This document shows positions 61,645-64,000 of a stretch of 64,000 bases of DNA, one piece after another (position 1 is the stretch's first letter; every line of letters begins with the position of its first letter). Origin of the DNA: Geosiphon pyriformis uo1 (taxonomy: Eukaryota > Fungi > Glomeromycota); contig JAAOMT010000749.1 of the NCBI GenBank assembly GCA_016748015.1, positions 1 to 64,000 of the forward strand, written 5' to 3'. The notes beneath the pieces are model-generated. The model ran no database searches, was not told the origin of the DNA, and was given only the letters and a program-made list of their open reading frames with translations. The translations under genes and the position numbers were made by a program.

Positions 61645-62934
61645 TTAGTATTGGGTATGTGGATGAGGTTGATTATAACCGTAATTCTGTGGTTGAGTAT
61701 TGTTATGCGGTATAAATTGTGAGGGTGTTTCATGATATTGAGGTGCAATTACAGGTTGCATGTGTTGTATTTGTTGTCCCGACGCATTTTGAAAATGAAC
61801 AGGAGGCAGATAATATTCTTGACCTGGGAGTGGATGATTTCCTTGATTTGGGAATGGATGATTTCCTTGATTTGGGAATGGATGATTTCCTTGACCTGGG
61901 AATGGATGATTTCCTTGATTTGGGAATGGATGATTTCCTTGATTTGGGAATGGATGATTTCCTTGATTTGGGAATGGATGATTTCCTTGACCTGGGAATG
62001 GATGATATCCCGGACCTGGGATCGGATAGCTTCCTTTAAAAGGAGCAGGTGGCGGATTATGTTCTGGTCCTGAGATCGGATTATTTACTTGGATTGGGAT
62101 TGTAGTTGATCCACTTGTAATTGGGGTCTCGGTTGCCACTTGGAGTGGCTCCTCTTCTTTGCTACCAAACGCATTTTTGACCGCTTCAACCACAAACCTC
62201 CCAAACATAATAAATCCAGTGACTAGAGCAGCCAAGACAAGGTTACGCATTTTACTTTGTGCGTCGTCACTGTCGCTTATACCTCCATAATTGGAGGCAA
62301 GAGCCCAAGCCATAAACACAGGGTATGCAAAACATATTAAATCAGAAACAAGTGAAAGACGATTAACTTGTTTTTGTGTTATATTCTTATGACCAAATAA
62401 AAGATATCCTTCTTTTCTGCCTGTATTTCAAGCAAATTCAAATAGATTAGACATATGTCATTTTCTAAAATAAGAAAAATTTCTTTAGACTTACAGAAAA
62501 TGACTCCCATTATTTCAACAAATTTTAATCGACCTCCCGTATAATGATAAATTTGAAAGAGATTAGCAATTCTTGGTAAACATTCGAATATTACAATTGC
62601 ATTATAGACGCCTTTAGCAATACTTCCTTGTTCTACCTTTTGTATATTAAACAAAAAATTTAAAACTTTGAGTGGAATGAACTAATTTCAAGACCATTAA
62701 ACAAAGCCCACATAAAAAAATGTTTACATTTTCATTAAATTTTCCTATTAAGATGAGACTTGTTCCCAATGTAAAACAATTTGCAAGAGCAAAAAGACTC
62801 CAATAAATTTTTTTCCAAAATGGAGGATTTTCCATCGGTGATTGTTTTTTTTTTGATATTTTTTCATTTTCTGGTACTTTTTGATTGCTATCAGCAATTT
62901 GACTCATTTCTTGGATGTGAATTGGCTGAGCCAT
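61645..62934 (-). CDS. Multi-pass membrane protein with Pro/His/Gln-rich repeat tail (3 exons)
   Basis: The three ORFs join in frame via two introns (GKFNEN|gtaaac..aaaag|VEQG and GVIF-C|gtaagt..acag|RKEG). About four hydrophobic segments, then octapeptide repeats. Confidence 0.8.
61810..62025 (-). repeat. 24-bp coding minisatellite encoding (PFP[N/G]QGNH)7 plus two degenerate units
   Basis: Unit atgatttccttga(ttt/cct)gggaatgg is repeated 7 times at 61834-62001, with diverged flanking units. Confidence 0.95.
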
Positions 62935-64000
62935 GAATTTTTTTGATTCGAAGAGTTTTTTCAGGGAAAGTTTTTGACCAAATAAAATTGAAGAGAAGTG
63001 GAAATTATCTCTTTAAAAATCTTTTAATACTTATTTATATATAAAATTATCTGCATCAATTTTAAATATCTTGGAAAAAGAGTTTCAACAATTCAAATTA
63101 TGGGATTATGCTGAAAATCAATTATTAACTTAATTCCACCAATCATTAATTTTTAAACTTGAATAAAGTCAAGTAACTTTCGAATTCATGGTAAGAATTC
63201 CTTACAGTTGTCTCCTGTAGCACAATGCACAAGCAAATTAACAATTTACAAGTTGCACTAATGATCTTTAGTGTTCAACACAAATAAAACTCAATTACTT
63301 GGAAAGAATTTCTTTTTAAAATTCATCTGCAATGTCTGAAACATTGCTATATATTTTTAGAAAATCCTTTATATACTGTACAACGTTTTTCTTATTTTGG
63401 TTGGCGTAAATGTACGAGAATGAAGTTTTTTTTCCTGTTTCCACCTGATTTTTAAAAAGGTTTTGGTATGTAAGACAGTTTTCTGATATCAAAATTTAAA
63501 CAAAGGATTTTAGCAAGTGTGAAGCCTTTTATAATTCAAATCTTTTACTTTAACTCTTTCCTGGAAAACTTCAATCGTCGAAAGAGCATTCAAAATTTAT
63601 TATTTAGGAAAAAACAAGGTACACTAAGTTTAAGAAATTCTGTGGTTATCATTCTCTGATTTTCTCATCTCAATTAATTACATCCGAGTTTTTGAGAAAA
63701 TTCAAAATTATTTGAGCTTTGAGTAATGTCACCAATGACAATTAAAAATTTGGCTCTTTCACAGATAGTTTAAATGACCAAAATTTCTTGATTTATTTCA
63801 ATTGATCTTAACGATTCTTGTGAAATGATCAGAGATTTTATTTTAAAACTAGCAATTCCCTTTCCTATCATAAAAATTTTGTTTTCATAAGAAATTTAAA
63901 AATTTGGCTTTTTTAATGAGATTTATATTAGTTAACAAGCTCTGAAATTTATTATTTCTGTGAAAATTGTATATACTAAAATTCAAAAGCTTTTAATTCT

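Noticed and set aside
61810-62025. 24-bp repeat array as a CRISPR, or the plus-strand ORFs 61719-62039 and 61732-62073 as genes
   Set aside because: The units are contiguous with no unique spacers. The plus-strand ORFs are antisense shadows of the coding minisatellite.
62320-62740. Apparent frameshifts between the three minus-strand ORFs
   Set aside because: Two canonical GT-AG introns join them in frame.

Overview
AT-rich eukaryotic DNA with many short GT-AG introns (about 60-95 nt). The gene content (SEL1-repeat proteins, MLKL-like/TKL kinase, RNI-like F-box protein, expanded class-3 lipases) points to a Glomeromycota (arbuscular-mycorrhizal-type) fungus; this assignment is inference. About 17 protein-coding genes can be reconstructed, several by manual splicing. 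The window also holds SEL1 and Gly/Asn-repeat pseudogenes, a full-length but decayed pogo/Tigger transposon with TIRs and TA target-site duplication, two Tc1 relics, simple repeats and one 20-N assembly gap. Main highlights: (1) an intron-containing fungal homologue of the bacterial organoarsenical exporter ArsJ about 4 kb from an Acr2/Cdc25-type rhodanese (arsenate-reductase family), a candidate fungal arsenate-detoxification locus; (2) a multi-exon protein with two apparent pseudokinase domains flanking a COR-tail-like module and an MLKL-type helical bundle; (3) an alpha/beta-hydrolase-tyrosine phosphatase fusion; (4) three secreted class-3 lipases, two of which lack the catalytic serine.
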